Source: Candidatus Thermosaccharophagus tengchongensis (GTDB lineage: Bacteria > Armatimonadota > Fervidibacteria > Fervidibacterales > Thermosaccharophagaceae). Taken from it: DNA of 34,940 nucleotides. The translations under genes and the position numbers were made by a program. This document shows positions 10,001 through 19,264 of this stretch, in pieces; position 1 is the first letter of the stretch, and each line of letters starts with the position of its first letter. The stretch is taken from NCBI GenBank assembly GCA_032161105.1, contig JAVHTD010000027.1; one strand, given 5' to 3'. The notes below the pieces were generated by a model that searched no databases, had not been told where the DNA came from, and worked only from the letters and a program-made list of their open reading frames with translations.

Positions 10001-10400
10001 GAAAAACCTTAATGCGAACTTTCTTTTCCCGAATCTGGTGGGCAAGTTGACGCAAAGTAGTCTCAGCTTCATTGGTTGGGACACCAAACTCAATTTGCTC
10101 TTTGAAACTTTGTGTCACCTCTCGCTTTAATCGGGCAACGGTTGGACCATCAAGGTAAACCTCTCGTTGGATGGCTCTTTGTGCTTCCCGCATCTGCTCT
10201 TCAGGCGGTCGGTGCATACCGACAAGAATGCGGCAGCACGATTCCTCAGTGCCTTTAAAGCGATCAAAAAGGTCTGCAAGCCCACTCCAACCACGCAAGT
10301 TGAAGTAACCGATGCAGAAGTCAGCAGCTATTGCTTTGTCAAGCACTCCCCGCAATGCATCCAACAAGCGGTTTGTTACATTGTCATAAATGGTGGGCAT
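7008..10400 (-). CDS. PLD-family nuclease fused to an SNF2-like SF2 helicase/ATPase
   Basis: N-terminal LHAKLY...GSSNLT...ELN (single HxK PLD half-site). Walker A GDVVGLGKT, DESH, TATP, TDVLAEGQNLQ, motif VI QRAGRVDRIG. Confidence 0.92.
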   Translation of the reverse strand: MPTIYDNVTNRLLDALRGVLDKAIAADFCIGYFNLRGWSGLADLFDRFKGTEESCCRILVGMHRPPEEQMREAQRAIQREVYLDGPTVARLKREVTQSFKEQIEFGVPTNEAETTLRQLAHQIREKKVRIKVFLRYPLHAKLYLVKRPDSITPIIGYLGSSNLTLSGLSEQGELNIDVVEQDAAQKLQQWFEERWNDKYAFDISEELAELIETSWAREELVSPYLVYLKMAYHLSEEARIGERQFKLPRDLQDVLLDFQTAAVQLAARLLYKRGGVLLGDVVGLGKTLMATAVAKIFQEDDGSNTLIICPPNLQPLWQWHVDKFRLAARVLSLGRVIDELPNLPRFRTLIIDESHNLRNREGKRYQAIREYIDWNEPRVILITATPYNKHLTDISNQIRLFVDEDEDLGIRPERFFQEWAMNGYNEADFSARFQTSPRSLRAFEQSEFPEDWRDLMRLFLVRRTRHFIIRNYAQYDPEKGRYFVTLNGKPFYFPLRQPKTLKFALNETDPNDQYARLYREDVVEVIENLALPRYGLANYLVANANQMATADEKKILDNLNRAGRRLIGFCRTNLFKRLESCGYSFLLSVKRHILRNMVTLYALENGLPIPIGTQDVAMVDTAVSDKDADWTEDEFVSEANEHELEIAEGLYGGELESYRVRAKEIYQTYRTQYANRFRWLDPKFFSPQLRQDLFSDAKSLLEILKKVGEWNPDRDAKLNALYELLTRKHAKDKVIVFTQFADTAVYLSEQLKARGVKDIEVVTSDSYDPTALARRFSPKSNGGLKGGETELRILVATDVLAEGQNLQDCHIVVNFDLPWAIIRLIQRAGRVDRIGQENDTILVYSFLPAEGVERIIRLRQRLFYRLQQNQEVIGTDESFFGEQAAKKLHDLYTEKAGVLDDDSDDEDVDLTSVALQVWNSAPKDLQEKAKTLPPIVYATRPHQPKVGDPTGVLVYLRFTRNGEKHDLLVRLDEQGNVIAQSLTAIFQAASCGPETPPLERLPNHHELVRKAVEYAVQEIQTLGGQLGTLRSIRRRVYERLKSYRERLQQSDPQNGEVIRQLDTIIDLLFRFPLKESARDTLSRQMRLGIPDDALLRLVWQLYEDERLCQITEMKELTEPQILCSLGLKEV

Positions 10401-10629
10401 TTCCTATCCCCCCATTCGCTGGTGGTGTTCTATGATACTCCATCGTGGCATGTCCCATCTTGCCCGTCCACGGCAGATGTGGATCCTGATGCAGGTCATA
10501 GACATAGCAAGTGGTTTGGCGCTCGCGGACTTTGTATGTGGGCGCAATGTAGGTTGGCGGATTGCTCTTTTGACGAGCATCAAGGTGTTGATAGTCTCTC
10601 GGATTGTTTTGTTGCCCTCGCCTCACCAT
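10384..10629 (-). pseudogene. Probable N-terminal relic of a Type III-like Mod (site-specific adenine MTase)
   Basis: RDYQHLDARQKSNPP...YVYDLHQDPHLPWTGK resembles the Y-x-H...R-x-N-x-P...YDPHLDPQLxWxGK N-terminus I recall for a widespread Mod family. GAGGAG SD upstream. Similarity ends near codon 60. Confidence 0.6.
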
Positions 10630-10754
10630 TCATCTCCTCTGCCTCCAGCGCATCCCAATTCACCTTATGACTCCCACCATCCCTAATGCTGATATTTGCC
10701 ATCCCTCCCCTCTGCGCTTTTCGCAATTCACTCCGCCAGCTACAGCGTCGCCTT

Positions 10755-11003
10755 TTACGGGCGGTAGAACCAGGCGGTCAAAAATGCGGTGATGATGAAG
10801 CCGACGAAAATCCATGTGATGAACTTCTCAAGGAATGTCTCCATGCCGAACTTCGTTTGCACCGCCGATATGCGCCTACCACCTATCGTCCCCCAACCCA
10901 TCCCGCCACCACCGCCAGTCTCGGTCTCCGTGATGTGAAACAGCATCGCCAATATGAGCGCTATCCCAAACAGGAAATTGAGCACACCAAAGAATGCGCC
11001 CAT
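10755..11003 (-). CDS. secG: Preprotein translocase subunit SecG
   Basis: About 82 aa, two hydrophobic segments flanking a Gly-rich loop (GGGGGMGWGTIGG), ETFLEKFITW. SD AGGGGTG precedes ATG 11003 (ORF track starts at 11012). Confidence 0.8.
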   Translation of the reverse strand: MGAFFGVLNFLFGIALILAMLFHITETETGGGGGMGWGTIGGRRISAVQTKFGMETFLEKFITWIFVGFIITAFLTAWFYRP

Positions 11004-11195
11004 TGCTCTCACCCCTTGCCATGCGCTTGTGATACCTTACACTTTCGTGCGCTTGCGCTCAGTTAAAAGTTTAGCATCATCACTTACGAAAGCGAACTGA
11101 CGCAAATGCACAACGCAAAAGCGTTAAGCCATCATCCAACAACTGCGTAACTAACATTTGTTTCGCCACACGCTACGCTGCTGTCTGCAAGCCAA

Positions 11196-12053
11196 TCAGA
11201 TTGGGACGAGCTTCGCTGCGTTTCTCCATGTAATCTTTTCAAACACTCCCTTTGGCAGGTCAAGTTCACGCAACAGTTGGATGTGTTTAACGCCGAAAAA
11301 GTCGCGCCCAAACAACACCCTGTCTTGAAAATCAATCAGGAACTTGCGCCCAAACTCAATGTCCCTTGTAAGCGCATTGTATCCACTTGCCGCAGATATG
11401 TCTGCATACAGGTTTGGATATTCGGATAGCAGCCTTATGAGCTTGCCTCCCGGTGCAACCTTCCCTTTGGGATAGACCTCGGGTGATTCATCGGCATCGC
11501 CCGATATCTCTCGCCAAAAGCCGGGACCATGCCCAATGAAGTTAACCTTCGGAAAACGCGTTAGCACCCTCTCAAGGGCATCAATGTCGTAGCAATACCA
11601 CGCCTGCCATTCCTTCATTGGCTTATGCCTCGGCAACGGCACATCCATGTGAAATAGCACTGGCAAACCGAGTTCGCCACACAAGTTGTAAATCGCCACT
11701 GCATCTGGATTGTCAAAGCAGATCCTGAACTTGAACTCGCCACACCCTCTTATGCCGAACATCTCAACAGCTTGGCGAAGGTCGCTCAATGCTGTTCGCT
11801 TCCTCGGGTCAGGCGCATAAAACGGGATGATGCGATCCGGATAAAGCCTTGTAGCCTCTATCACATCGGCAAGCGGCAATCCGTGACCATGCAGTGAAAA
11901 CATCAACCGACGGTCTGAATCGGTCATCTCATCGCTTTGGCATTCCCAAGTCAATAGCCAGCACTTGTCAATGCCGACTTCGTTCATGTCGGCAATGAGC
12001 TTATGCACATCATGTCCAAGCCAGTTCACATGCTGATGGGCATCAATGAGCAT
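11196..12053 (-). CDS. Amidohydrolase family protein (Amidohydro_2)
   Basis: IDAHQH metal motif, GEFK, PVLFH, FIGHG, NLYADIS, VLFGRD. Confidence 0.88.
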   Translation of the reverse strand: MLIDAHQHVNWLGHDVHKLIADMNEVGIDKCWLLTWECQSDEMTDSDRRLMFSLHGHGLPLADVIEATRLYPDRIIPFYAPDPRKRTALSDLRQAVEMFGIRGCGEFKFRICFDNPDAVAIYNLCGELGLPVLFHMDVPLPRHKPMKEWQAWYCYDIDALERVLTRFPKVNFIGHGPGFWREISGDADESPEVYPKGKVAPGGKLIRLLSEYPNLYADISAASGYNALTRDIEFGRKFLIDFQDRVLFGRDFFGVKHIQLLRELDLPKGVFEKITWRNAAKLVPI

Positions 12054-12189
12054 GCCACCTCACCCCCGGTTAGTGTGCAAATTGCAAATGATGGATGGGC
12101 AATACCCACCGCAGCAAAGCACATTTTGCAAAAATGCACATAGAGGATGACGCTGAGCCAACCGAGGGAAAATTGAAAGTGCAGCTAAG

Positions 12190-14832
12190 TCAGCGTGGGA
12201 ACGCCCTTACACGCTTAGCTATGTTGGCGATAGCGTCCCTAAGCTCCTTCAGCTTTATCGGCTTTGACAATACGAAGTCGGCTTCCTTGGGTATTTCTTC
12301 CCTGCCCCACCCGGTGAGGACGATCACCGGTGTTTTTGCAGATGCTCCCTTTACCTTGCGCACAACTTCAACACCGCTCACATTGGGCATTCCCAAGTCC
12401 GTGATGATGAGTTGGTATGGTTCTCCAACTGCAAGTTTGCCATAGAATTTCCTCAAGCCAGCCTCACCGCCATCTGCAACATCAACTGTGTGCCCGAGGC
12501 TCTCAAGCATGCCCGAGACGGTTGAGAGCACCCTCGGGTCATCATCAATGAGCAGTATCCTGAACTTCGGCACCTCCCTGCTCAGTTCCTCGGAGCTCAT
12601 TGGGCGATCAATTGTGCGCATCGGGAAAAGAAGCCTGACCTTCGTCCCGACGCCAAGTTCGCTCTCAATCTCAACCATGCCCTCATGCCTCTGCATTATC
12701 CCATAGACGACTGGCAATCCAAGCCCGGTGCCCCTTTCACCCTTCGTTGAGTAGAATGGCTCAAGCGCCCTTTGCTTCGTCTCTTCATCCATGCCAACGC
12801 CATCATCTTCAACCTCAATGAAAGCCCATGTATCCTTTGAGCCAGTCCTGAAGATGATTGTGCCGTGATCGGAGCGCTTCGCAATTATGGCGTCCACCGA
12901 GTTGAGTATCAGGTTGACGAGCGCCTCACGCACCTCGGCTCCAATGGCGGCTATTGGTCGCATGCTCTTATCAAGCTCAAACTTGATCTCAATCGTTATC
13001 CCTTCACGCTGCGCCATGTCATACCACTTCGGTCTGGTCAATTCAACGGCTTCCATTGTGACACGGTTCAAATCAACCGGCTCAAGCTGCTCATCAGGCG
13101 CCCGTGGACGGTAAAATGCGCGCAGCCTTTCAACTATGTGCGTGATGTCCAAAGCAGCGCGATGTATCAATTCGGCGTATTGTCGGACTTCGCCTGAGCC
13201 AACTTCAAGGAGAAGCTCAGAATAGCCAACTATTGGGACAAGCGCATTGTTGATATCATGTGCGATGCCGCTCGCCATTTGCCCGAGCGCCCTCAAGCGC
13301 TCTTGTTGCATCAACACAGCTTGTGTTTGACGGAGCTCATCATAAGCCCTCTTCAAGTCGGAGAGCAGCCTGGCGAGTTCCAGCCCAGCCGAGATGTATA
13401 CGGCAAACAGGTCAATCAGGTAGCGCTTAAATGCGCTGATGGCGTTTGGTTCATCCTCGGCAACCACAATAATGCCAAACAGCCTCTCGCCGAACACCAA
13501 CGGCACAACATATGCGCTTCGTATCGGTCTATCGGCATCGGCTGCAAATGAACGCCACTCCGAATCGCTCCCACAATCTGGCACATAGATTGCCCTTCGT
13601 TCAAGTGCTGCTATACCGATGATGCCCTCACCGAGTTTAACGGAGGCATGCTCCTCAAGCTTCGCCTCTTCAAGCCTGCCCTCTCGAAAGCCAATGGATG
13701 CATCAAGGTGAAGCATTTCTTTCAAATCGTCGTAGCTGTAAAAATCAGCGCGCTCAACATCAAGCGTCTCTTTCAACCGCCTTAGCACTTCCACAGCGAT
13801 TGCTTCTGGCTTCGCAGTCGCAATGGCAGTTTGCGCCCAGAGAAAGCGCTGCAAAGCCTGTGCCTGGTCAACTGCCTCACGAAACATCCTGATGTTCTCA
13901 TACGCAACGGCTATTTGTGAGGCAAGTGCTTGCAAAAAATCAATCTCATCATCGGTAAATTCCCTCGGCTCACTCGTGAAGATGTGAAGCACACCAATGG
14001 CTCTTCCTTGAACGAGCAATGGGCTGGCAGCGCAGGATTTCAACCGCCTTCCACGCAATGCATCCGAAATGAAGCGCACCCTGCCGTCAGAATCAATGTC
14101 ATGGATGAAGACCGTCTCACAACGCTTTGTAAGGCGCTCATGGAGAGTGCTATCAACTTCAAAAACTTGTCCATCAATCCTCTCGCCATCCGAGAAGATC
14201 ATCATAGCCAACTCGCAGCGCTTATGCTCCACTTCAGCGCCGTAAAGCATCAGTGCTGCAGCATCAACATTCATGCACTCAATGATCTTCCTCAAGATGG
14301 CATCCATTGCTGCTTCAATATCGAGCTGCTGCAATATCACATGGTCAATATCATACAGTGTCTGAAGCTTGCAAACATCATCAATGCGCCTCACCAACTG
14401 TGGACGGGAGATGGTCACAGCAATACCCTCTGGGGCGCTAATGGTGAACTCAGCATGCGTTTCGCGCTGTGAGAGGGGAATTACCACCGAAACAACTCCG
14501 ACAACTTCCTCACCGACTCGCAATGGCGTGCTACTCCAAAGGCAAAATATCGTGTGCCCATCCTTGGTCAAGTTCTCATTCACGCTGTGACGAGCTTCGC
14601 CGCTTATCAGCGCACGCCAAATTTGGCTGACATTGAGGCGTGCGCTCATCGGAACAAGCATTGTTCCATGCCTTCCAATGGCTTCTTCAGCGCTCCATCC
14701 GAATACCCTCTCCGCCTCTTTGTTCCAATACCTGATGATGCCATAAGCGTCAAAAACGATTGTCGCCTGCGGAAGCTCATCAAATATGCGCTCAACAGTC
14801 AATCCCTGTAAGCTCCCATTCAACCGTGTCAT
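12190..14832 (-). CDS. Cytoplasmic hybrid histidine kinase (PAS-GAF-GAF-HisKA-HATPase-REC)
   Basis: PAS (WNKEAERVFGWSAEEAIG), two GAF-like domains, H-box IAHDINN, N-box NLILNSVDA, DDGVGM and GTGLGL boxes, receiver IDDD...TDLGMP...KP. Confidence 0.93.
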   Translation of the reverse strand: MTRLNGSLQGLTVERIFDELPQATIVFDAYGIIRYWNKEAERVFGWSAEEAIGRHGTMLVPMSARLNVSQIWRALISGEARHSVNENLTKDGHTIFCLWSSTPLRVGEEVVGVVSVVIPLSQRETHAEFTISAPEGIAVTISRPQLVRRIDDVCKLQTLYDIDHVILQQLDIEAAMDAILRKIIECMNVDAAALMLYGAEVEHKRCELAMMIFSDGERIDGQVFEVDSTLHERLTKRCETVFIHDIDSDGRVRFISDALRGRRLKSCAASPLLVQGRAIGVLHIFTSEPREFTDDEIDFLQALASQIAVAYENIRMFREAVDQAQALQRFLWAQTAIATAKPEAIAVEVLRRLKETLDVERADFYSYDDLKEMLHLDASIGFREGRLEEAKLEEHASVKLGEGIIGIAALERRAIYVPDCGSDSEWRSFAADADRPIRSAYVVPLVFGERLFGIIVVAEDEPNAISAFKRYLIDLFAVYISAGLELARLLSDLKRAYDELRQTQAVLMQQERLRALGQMASGIAHDINNALVPIVGYSELLLEVGSGEVRQYAELIHRAALDITHIVERLRAFYRPRAPDEQLEPVDLNRVTMEAVELTRPKWYDMAQREGITIEIKFELDKSMRPIAAIGAEVREALVNLILNSVDAIIAKRSDHGTIIFRTGSKDTWAFIEVEDDGVGMDEETKQRALEPFYSTKGERGTGLGLPVVYGIMQRHEGMVEIESELGVGTKVRLLFPMRTIDRPMSSEELSREVPKFRILLIDDDPRVLSTVSGMLESLGHTVDVADGGEAGLRKFYGKLAVGEPYQLIITDLGMPNVSGVEVVRKVKGASAKTPVIVLTGWGREEIPKEADFVLSKPIKLKELRDAIANIAKRVRAFPR

Positions 14833-14980
14833 AGTTGAATCACCTGCTCACGCCAGATTTGGCATTGCACCGTTTGCCATTATACCATGCTGACTTAAAA
14901 AGATGCATCTTATCAAGCTTGCACGAGGCGCAAATGAGGGCGCTATGAGCATGCCAGCGGTATCGGTCGCCAACTGCGGA

Positions 14981-16438
14981 TTACATCTGACCGCAACCGC
15001 CAAGAGGGGATGAGCCGCAAACATTCTCTTTCGCCAAACCACTTAGAGCTTGCCTGTAGATTGGCTTATACACATCGTCCCTCGTTGCGCATCCAACTGG
15101 GTATTGACCGAGCGGATGATGTTTGAACCTCATGAGCGCCGTGCAATGGCTATCTGCAATGCACACCTTACGGCTGTCGGCTTCGCCGAAATTCATGACA
15201 TCGCATGCGAACTCGGGATAGGCTATCGCCATCCTCCCAAGCCCAACGACCTTGCAATAACCGTGCTCAATCATTCCAGCAGCTGCATATGCCCAATATT
15301 GGCGAAGCCAACTCAATCCAGTCGCAACGACTGGCAAACTGCCCACTGAACTTTGGATCTCCCTTGCCCCACGCAAAAGACGCGCAACGCCAACTAACGG
15401 ATGCTCTGGGGATTCATAGCCATCAACTGGCGGATGCTCAAACGGACGCCCAATGTGCGGGTTGGCGTATGGATTGCCCATCGTCACATTGAGCAGGGAA
15501 ACACCAAGCGAACACAAGAGCTTTGCAAGCTTGATTGGCTCATCATAGTCAATGCTCAGTGGGTCATCCTCTGCGCATCCAAAGCCGTAAATGTATGGCA
15601 GCGGAAATTGACACGGCTTTCCGATGCCAGTTTGGCTATCACGCTCGTATGGGACTCCATCATACATGTTGAATCTTGTTGCGATCATGATGCCATCGCC
15701 AAGCTCATGCTTCGCCTTCATGATGATGTTCCGAATGAACCTCGTTCGGTTCTCAAAGCTGCCACCATACTTGCCCGCACGAGACTTCGCTGCAAGCAAC
15801 TCATTCAGCAAGTAGCCATGGCATTGCTTTATGTCAACGAAGTCAAACCCGATTTTCATTGCGAGCTTGATGGCTTCAACGAACTTGTCCTCAAGTCGCT
15901 CAAGGTAATCGTCACTGCACATTTGGTAGTCCGAACTTATGCCGCACCTAACATCAAGCACCGGGTGATGAAAGGCTATCACCGGCTTGCCGATGCTGTA
16001 TCTTCCGGAGTGCGTGAGTTGGATGCCGCACAGCAAGCCGTCATCACTGCCGTAGATGGCTTTGTGCGCCCTTCGCGCTGCAGTGAGCAACGCCTCAAAG
16101 TGCTTTGCGTTTTCCTCGCACATCAGAAGCTGTCTCGTGTTAGCCCTCCCCTCGGGAACGACGGCGGTTGCCTCAAACCAAAGCAGTGCAGCGCCACCAT
16201 ACCCGAAGCGCTCATAACGGCGATATGTTAGCACATCCGGCTTGCCATCCAAAGTGCCATCACATCCCTCCATCGGATGGACAGCGAGTGAGTTTTTGAG
16301 CCGCTTGCCACCGACCTCAACTTGCGAGAAAAGAAGGCGAAGGTTGTGGCTCAGCTTGATGTCATTGCCCAACCCAAGTGATTCAATTTCCTCGGCGAGC
16401 TCGTCCAGTGAGCGGTAACGGAAATAACGCCTGCGCAT
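14981..16438 (-). CDS. NADH:flavin oxidoreductase (Old Yellow Enzyme family)
   Basis: NSLAVHPMEG, IQLTHSGR, CHGYLL, YGGSFENRTR, GLGR. ATG at 16438 follows AGGTG (ORF track starts at 16477). Confidence 0.9.
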   Translation of the reverse strand: MRRRYFRYRSLDELAEEIESLGLGNDIKLSHNLRLLFSQVEVGGKRLKNSLAVHPMEGCDGTLDGKPDVLTYRRYERFGYGGAALLWFEATAVVPEGRANTRQLLMCEENAKHFEALLTAARRAHKAIYGSDDGLLCGIQLTHSGRYSIGKPVIAFHHPVLDVRCGISSDYQMCSDDYLERLEDKFVEAIKLAMKIGFDFVDIKQCHGYLLNELLAAKSRAGKYGGSFENRTRFIRNIIMKAKHELGDGIMIATRFNMYDGVPYERDSQTGIGKPCQFPLPYIYGFGCAEDDPLSIDYDEPIKLAKLLCSLGVSLLNVTMGNPYANPHIGRPFEHPPVDGYESPEHPLVGVARLLRGAREIQSSVGSLPVVATGLSWLRQYWAYAAAGMIEHGYCKVVGLGRMAIAYPEFACDVMNFGEADSRKVCIADSHCTALMRFKHHPLGQYPVGCATRDDVYKPIYRQALSGLAKENVCGSSPLGGCGQM

Positions 16439-16551
16439 AGCTATCACACCTTGCAGCTCAGCATGCGAGGGACTCACTATGGAGGAAAAATCCGCTCATA
16501 ACCGCGCATGAGCGCCTTCAGCCACAAGCTTTCATCCGCAGCCAAAGCTGC

Positions 16552-17895
16552 CTACTCAGAGCCATCTCGCTTGCTGTCGTTTTTTAGCAGCCTTTGCGGT
16601 ATAAGGTCGTTTCGCGTAAGGTCTTCCCAGCTCTCCCTTGCGACGATCAAGTCGGCATTGCCATCCCTTACGAGCACGACTGCCGGTCTTGGGAAGCGAT
16701 TATAGTTGCTCGCCATTGAGTAGTGATAAGCGCCTGTGCAGAATACGGCGAGTATGTCGCCCCTCCTCGGGTCTGCAAGATGTATGTCTTTGATGAGCAC
16801 ATCCGCCTCACAGTGCCTTCCGACGACTGTGCACAGCAAGTTTGGCTGCTGTGAAGCTTTGTTTGCGATGATGGCACTATACCGTGCACCATAAAGTGCC
16901 GGGCGCGGATTATCCGACATGCCGCCATCAACCGAGACATAAACTCTCACTCCGGGTATCTCCTTCACAACGCCAATCGTGTAAAGTGTCGTCCCAGCTT
17001 CGCCTATGATTGACCTTCCCGGCTCAACAATGAGCGTTGGCAGCGGCAATGAATGCCTCTTGCACTCGTCCATGACAGCCTCGCATATTGCGCCGATGAA
17101 TTCCTCAATCGTCGGTGGGTCGTCCTCATCCGTGTATCGCACGCCCAAGCCACCACCCAAGTTCAACTCGCTGAAGACGAAGCCAAGTTCGCTTGCGACC
17201 TGTGCGGCGAATTCAACCATGAGCTCAATCGCAATCCTGTATGGCTCAACCTCAAACACCTGCGAGCCGATGTGACAGTGGAAGCCGACGAGCTCAAGCC
17301 AATCCATGCTCAGAGCAAGCCTTGCGGCATCAAGCGCACAGCCGTGTGCAAGCGGTATCCCGAATTTGGTGTCCACTTGACCGGTGCGGATGTATTCATG
17401 CGTGTGCGCTTCAACTCCGGGAGTGACGCGAAGCATGACTTTGACCCTCTTGTTGAGCGACCCAGCGAGCGAATTGAGCACATGAAGTTCATCGGCACTG
17501 TCAACAACAATGCAATACACACCGACATCAAGTGCATACCTGAGCTCATCATCGGTCTTGTAATTGCCATGCAGGTAGATGCGCTCTGCTGGGAATTCGC
17601 TAACAACAGCCGTATACAATTCGCCGCCTGATGACACATCAAGCCATAGTCCCTCTTGGTCCACGAGCTTGCACATCGCCGTTGTGATGAATGCCTTGGC
17701 AGCGTATGCGATGCGAGCCTCCTCTGGGTAGTGCTGTGAGAAAGCAGCCTTATACCTTCGGCAGTTTTCGCGCACGAGCTCCTCATCCACGACAAACAGC
17801 GGCGTTCCAAACCTCCTCGTCAAATCAACGGCATCGCATCCGCCAATCTCAAGGTGACCAAGCTCATTTACCCTTTGCGTCCCGACAAGCCTCAT
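16552..17895 (-). CDS. lysA: Diaminopimelate decarboxylase
   Basis: FGTPL, PLP lysine in YAAKA, HCHIGSQ, LGGG, EPGRS, HCE, GAY, SNYN. ATG 17895 follows GAGGGG. Confidence 0.96.
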   Translation of the reverse strand: MRLVGTQRVNELGHLEIGGCDAVDLTRRFGTPLFVVDEELVRENCRRYKAAFSQHYPEEARIAYAAKAFITTAMCKLVDQEGLWLDVSSGGELYTAVVSEFPAERIYLHGNYKTDDELRYALDVGVYCIVVDSADELHVLNSLAGSLNKRVKVMLRVTPGVEAHTHEYIRTGQVDTKFGIPLAHGCALDAARLALSMDWLELVGFHCHIGSQVFEVEPYRIAIELMVEFAAQVASELGFVFSELNLGGGLGVRYTDEDDPPTIEEFIGAICEAVMDECKRHSLPLPTLIVEPGRSIIGEAGTTLYTIGVVKEIPGVRVYVSVDGGMSDNPRPALYGARYSAIIANKASQQPNLLCTVVGRHCEADVLIKDIHLADPRRGDILAVFCTGAYHYSMASNYNRFPRPAVVLVRDGNADLIVARESWEDLTRNDLIPQRLLKNDSKRDGSE

Positions 17896-18103
17896 TCCAA
17901 TCAACCCCTCATTAATCAACTTTGCAGTGATGGCTCTCTCTGTCAGCCCTGTCAGCTTTAAGTCGCATGCATTGCGATAAAATTAAATGAGCACATCATC
18001 GGCTTTGCGGCGTGAGGCTCGTGAGAGCCCGTTTGTATCGCATTATGACACATCCATAAAGCATCAAAGCATCGCGCCATGAAAGCGTAGCGAGGTGGAC
18101 GGA

Positions 18104-19147
18104 ATGCGCACTTACAAAGTCGCAGTCGTCGGAGTGGGCGCAGTCGGAAGGGAAATGCTGCGGTGCCTGCGCAACTCAAAGATACCGATGAGCGAAGAGC
18201 CGCTTGTGCTTGCAAGGCGAGAGCGCGAAATTGAGGTTGACGGCATCACCTACAGGGTGAAGAGATGCATGCCTGAAGCATTTGACGGCGTTCATATAGC
18301 TCTCTTCGCCGGGACGGAGGGGGAGAAAGGAGCTGCTGTCACATTTGGACCGGAAGCCGTAAAGCGAGGCGCAATCGTGATAGACAACGGTGCTGACTTC
18401 AGATTGAAAGAGGGTGTGCCATTGGTTGTCCCGGAGGTGAACCCGGATGATTTGGACGCCGTAAAGGATGGTCAAAGGATCATCGCAAGCCCAAACTGCT
18501 CAACGATTCAAATGGTCGTGGCAATTAACCCGATACACAGGCGCTCAAGGGTTAAGCGCATAATCGTCACCACATTCCAAGCCGTCTCAGGCGCTGGGCA
18601 GGATGCCATTTACGAGCTTGATGAGCAATCGCTCATCGTGCTTCACGGCAGGCAACCGAGATTGAAAAGGGCATTCCCACACCAGATCGCCTTCAACCTC
18701 ATCCCGCAGATTGGCAGCTTTGAAGAGATGGACTACACAACCGAGGAATGGAAACTCGTCAAAGAGACGCACAAGATAATGCACGACAACACCATACAGA
18801 TAACGGCGACGACTGTGCGAGTGCCAGTGTTCAATGCGCACAGCGAGGTCATCTATGTTGAGACGCAGGAAAGGATTACGGCGGATGAGGCGAGGGAGTT
18901 ATTTAGGCAAGCGCCCGGTGTCATACTCGTTGATGAGCCAACAGAGATTGACGGCAAGCCAACACGCACATACCCGATGCCAATTGACGCCTCTGGTAAG
19001 GATGAGGTTTATGTCGGCAGGGTGCGCAATGACCCATTTGTGGACAACGCCCTCGTCCTTTGGTGCGTGTGTGATAACTTGCGCAAGGGAGCCGCATTAA
19101 ATGCCGTCCAGATCGCAGAGTGCCTCATTGAGCGCAAGCTAATTTGA
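18104..19147 (+). CDS. asd: Aspartate-semialdehyde dehydrogenase
   Basis: GVGAVG, VVPEVN, catalytic SPNCSTIQ, QAVSGAG, RVPVFNAHSE, DNLRKGAALNAVQIAE. Confidence 0.96.
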   Translation: MRTYKVAVVGVGAVGREMLRCLRNSKIPMSEEPLVLARREREIEVDGITYRVKRCMPEAFDGVHIALFAGTEGEKGAAVTFGPEAVKRGAIVIDNGADFRLKEGVPLVVPEVNPDDLDAVKDGQRIIASPNCSTIQMVVAINPIHRRSRVKRIIVTTFQAVSGAGQDAIYELDEQSLIVLHGRQPRLKRAFPHQIAFNLIPQIGSFEEMDYTTEEWKLVKETHKIMHDNTIQITATTVRVPVFNAHSEVIYVETQERITADEARELFRQAPGVILVDEPTEIDGKPTRTYPMPIDASGKDEVYVGRVRNDPFVDNALVLWCVCDNLRKGAALNAVQIAECLIERKLI

Positions 19148-19264
19148 ACCATGCTGCGTCGGCTTTAAACCGACACGAAGCCTTACTGGCGGATTACCCA
19201 TTGCCACTTCCTCAACAAGCTGCAAAGAGCCATGCAGCTGTGCCCGATGAAACGGAGCGAAGTT

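Noticed and set aside
3333..10400. Calling the locus DISARM, BREX or Type I/III RM
   Set aside because: Required partners (drmA/drmB, pglZ/brxC, hsdS, intact mod) are not present in the window.
10580..10702. 40-codon minus-strand ORF (MANISIRDGG...) behind a GGAGG
   Set aside because: No recognisable motif, SD is very close to the ATG, and it overlaps the Mod-like relic.
10630..10754. tRNA or att site downstream of secG
   Set aside because: No cloverleaf, T-loop or CCA seen, no integrase in the window, and no matching direct repeat noticed near 1000-1110.
15401..16231. Long antisense ORFs (this one, 33072-33794, 34079-34729, 26788-27381 and others)
   Set aside because: They are shadows of well-supported genes on the opposite strand and have no motifs of their own.
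17896..18103. Lysine riboswitch between lysA and asd
   Set aside because: The ~200 nt region must hold two divergent promoters and I see no riboswitch consensus or terminator.
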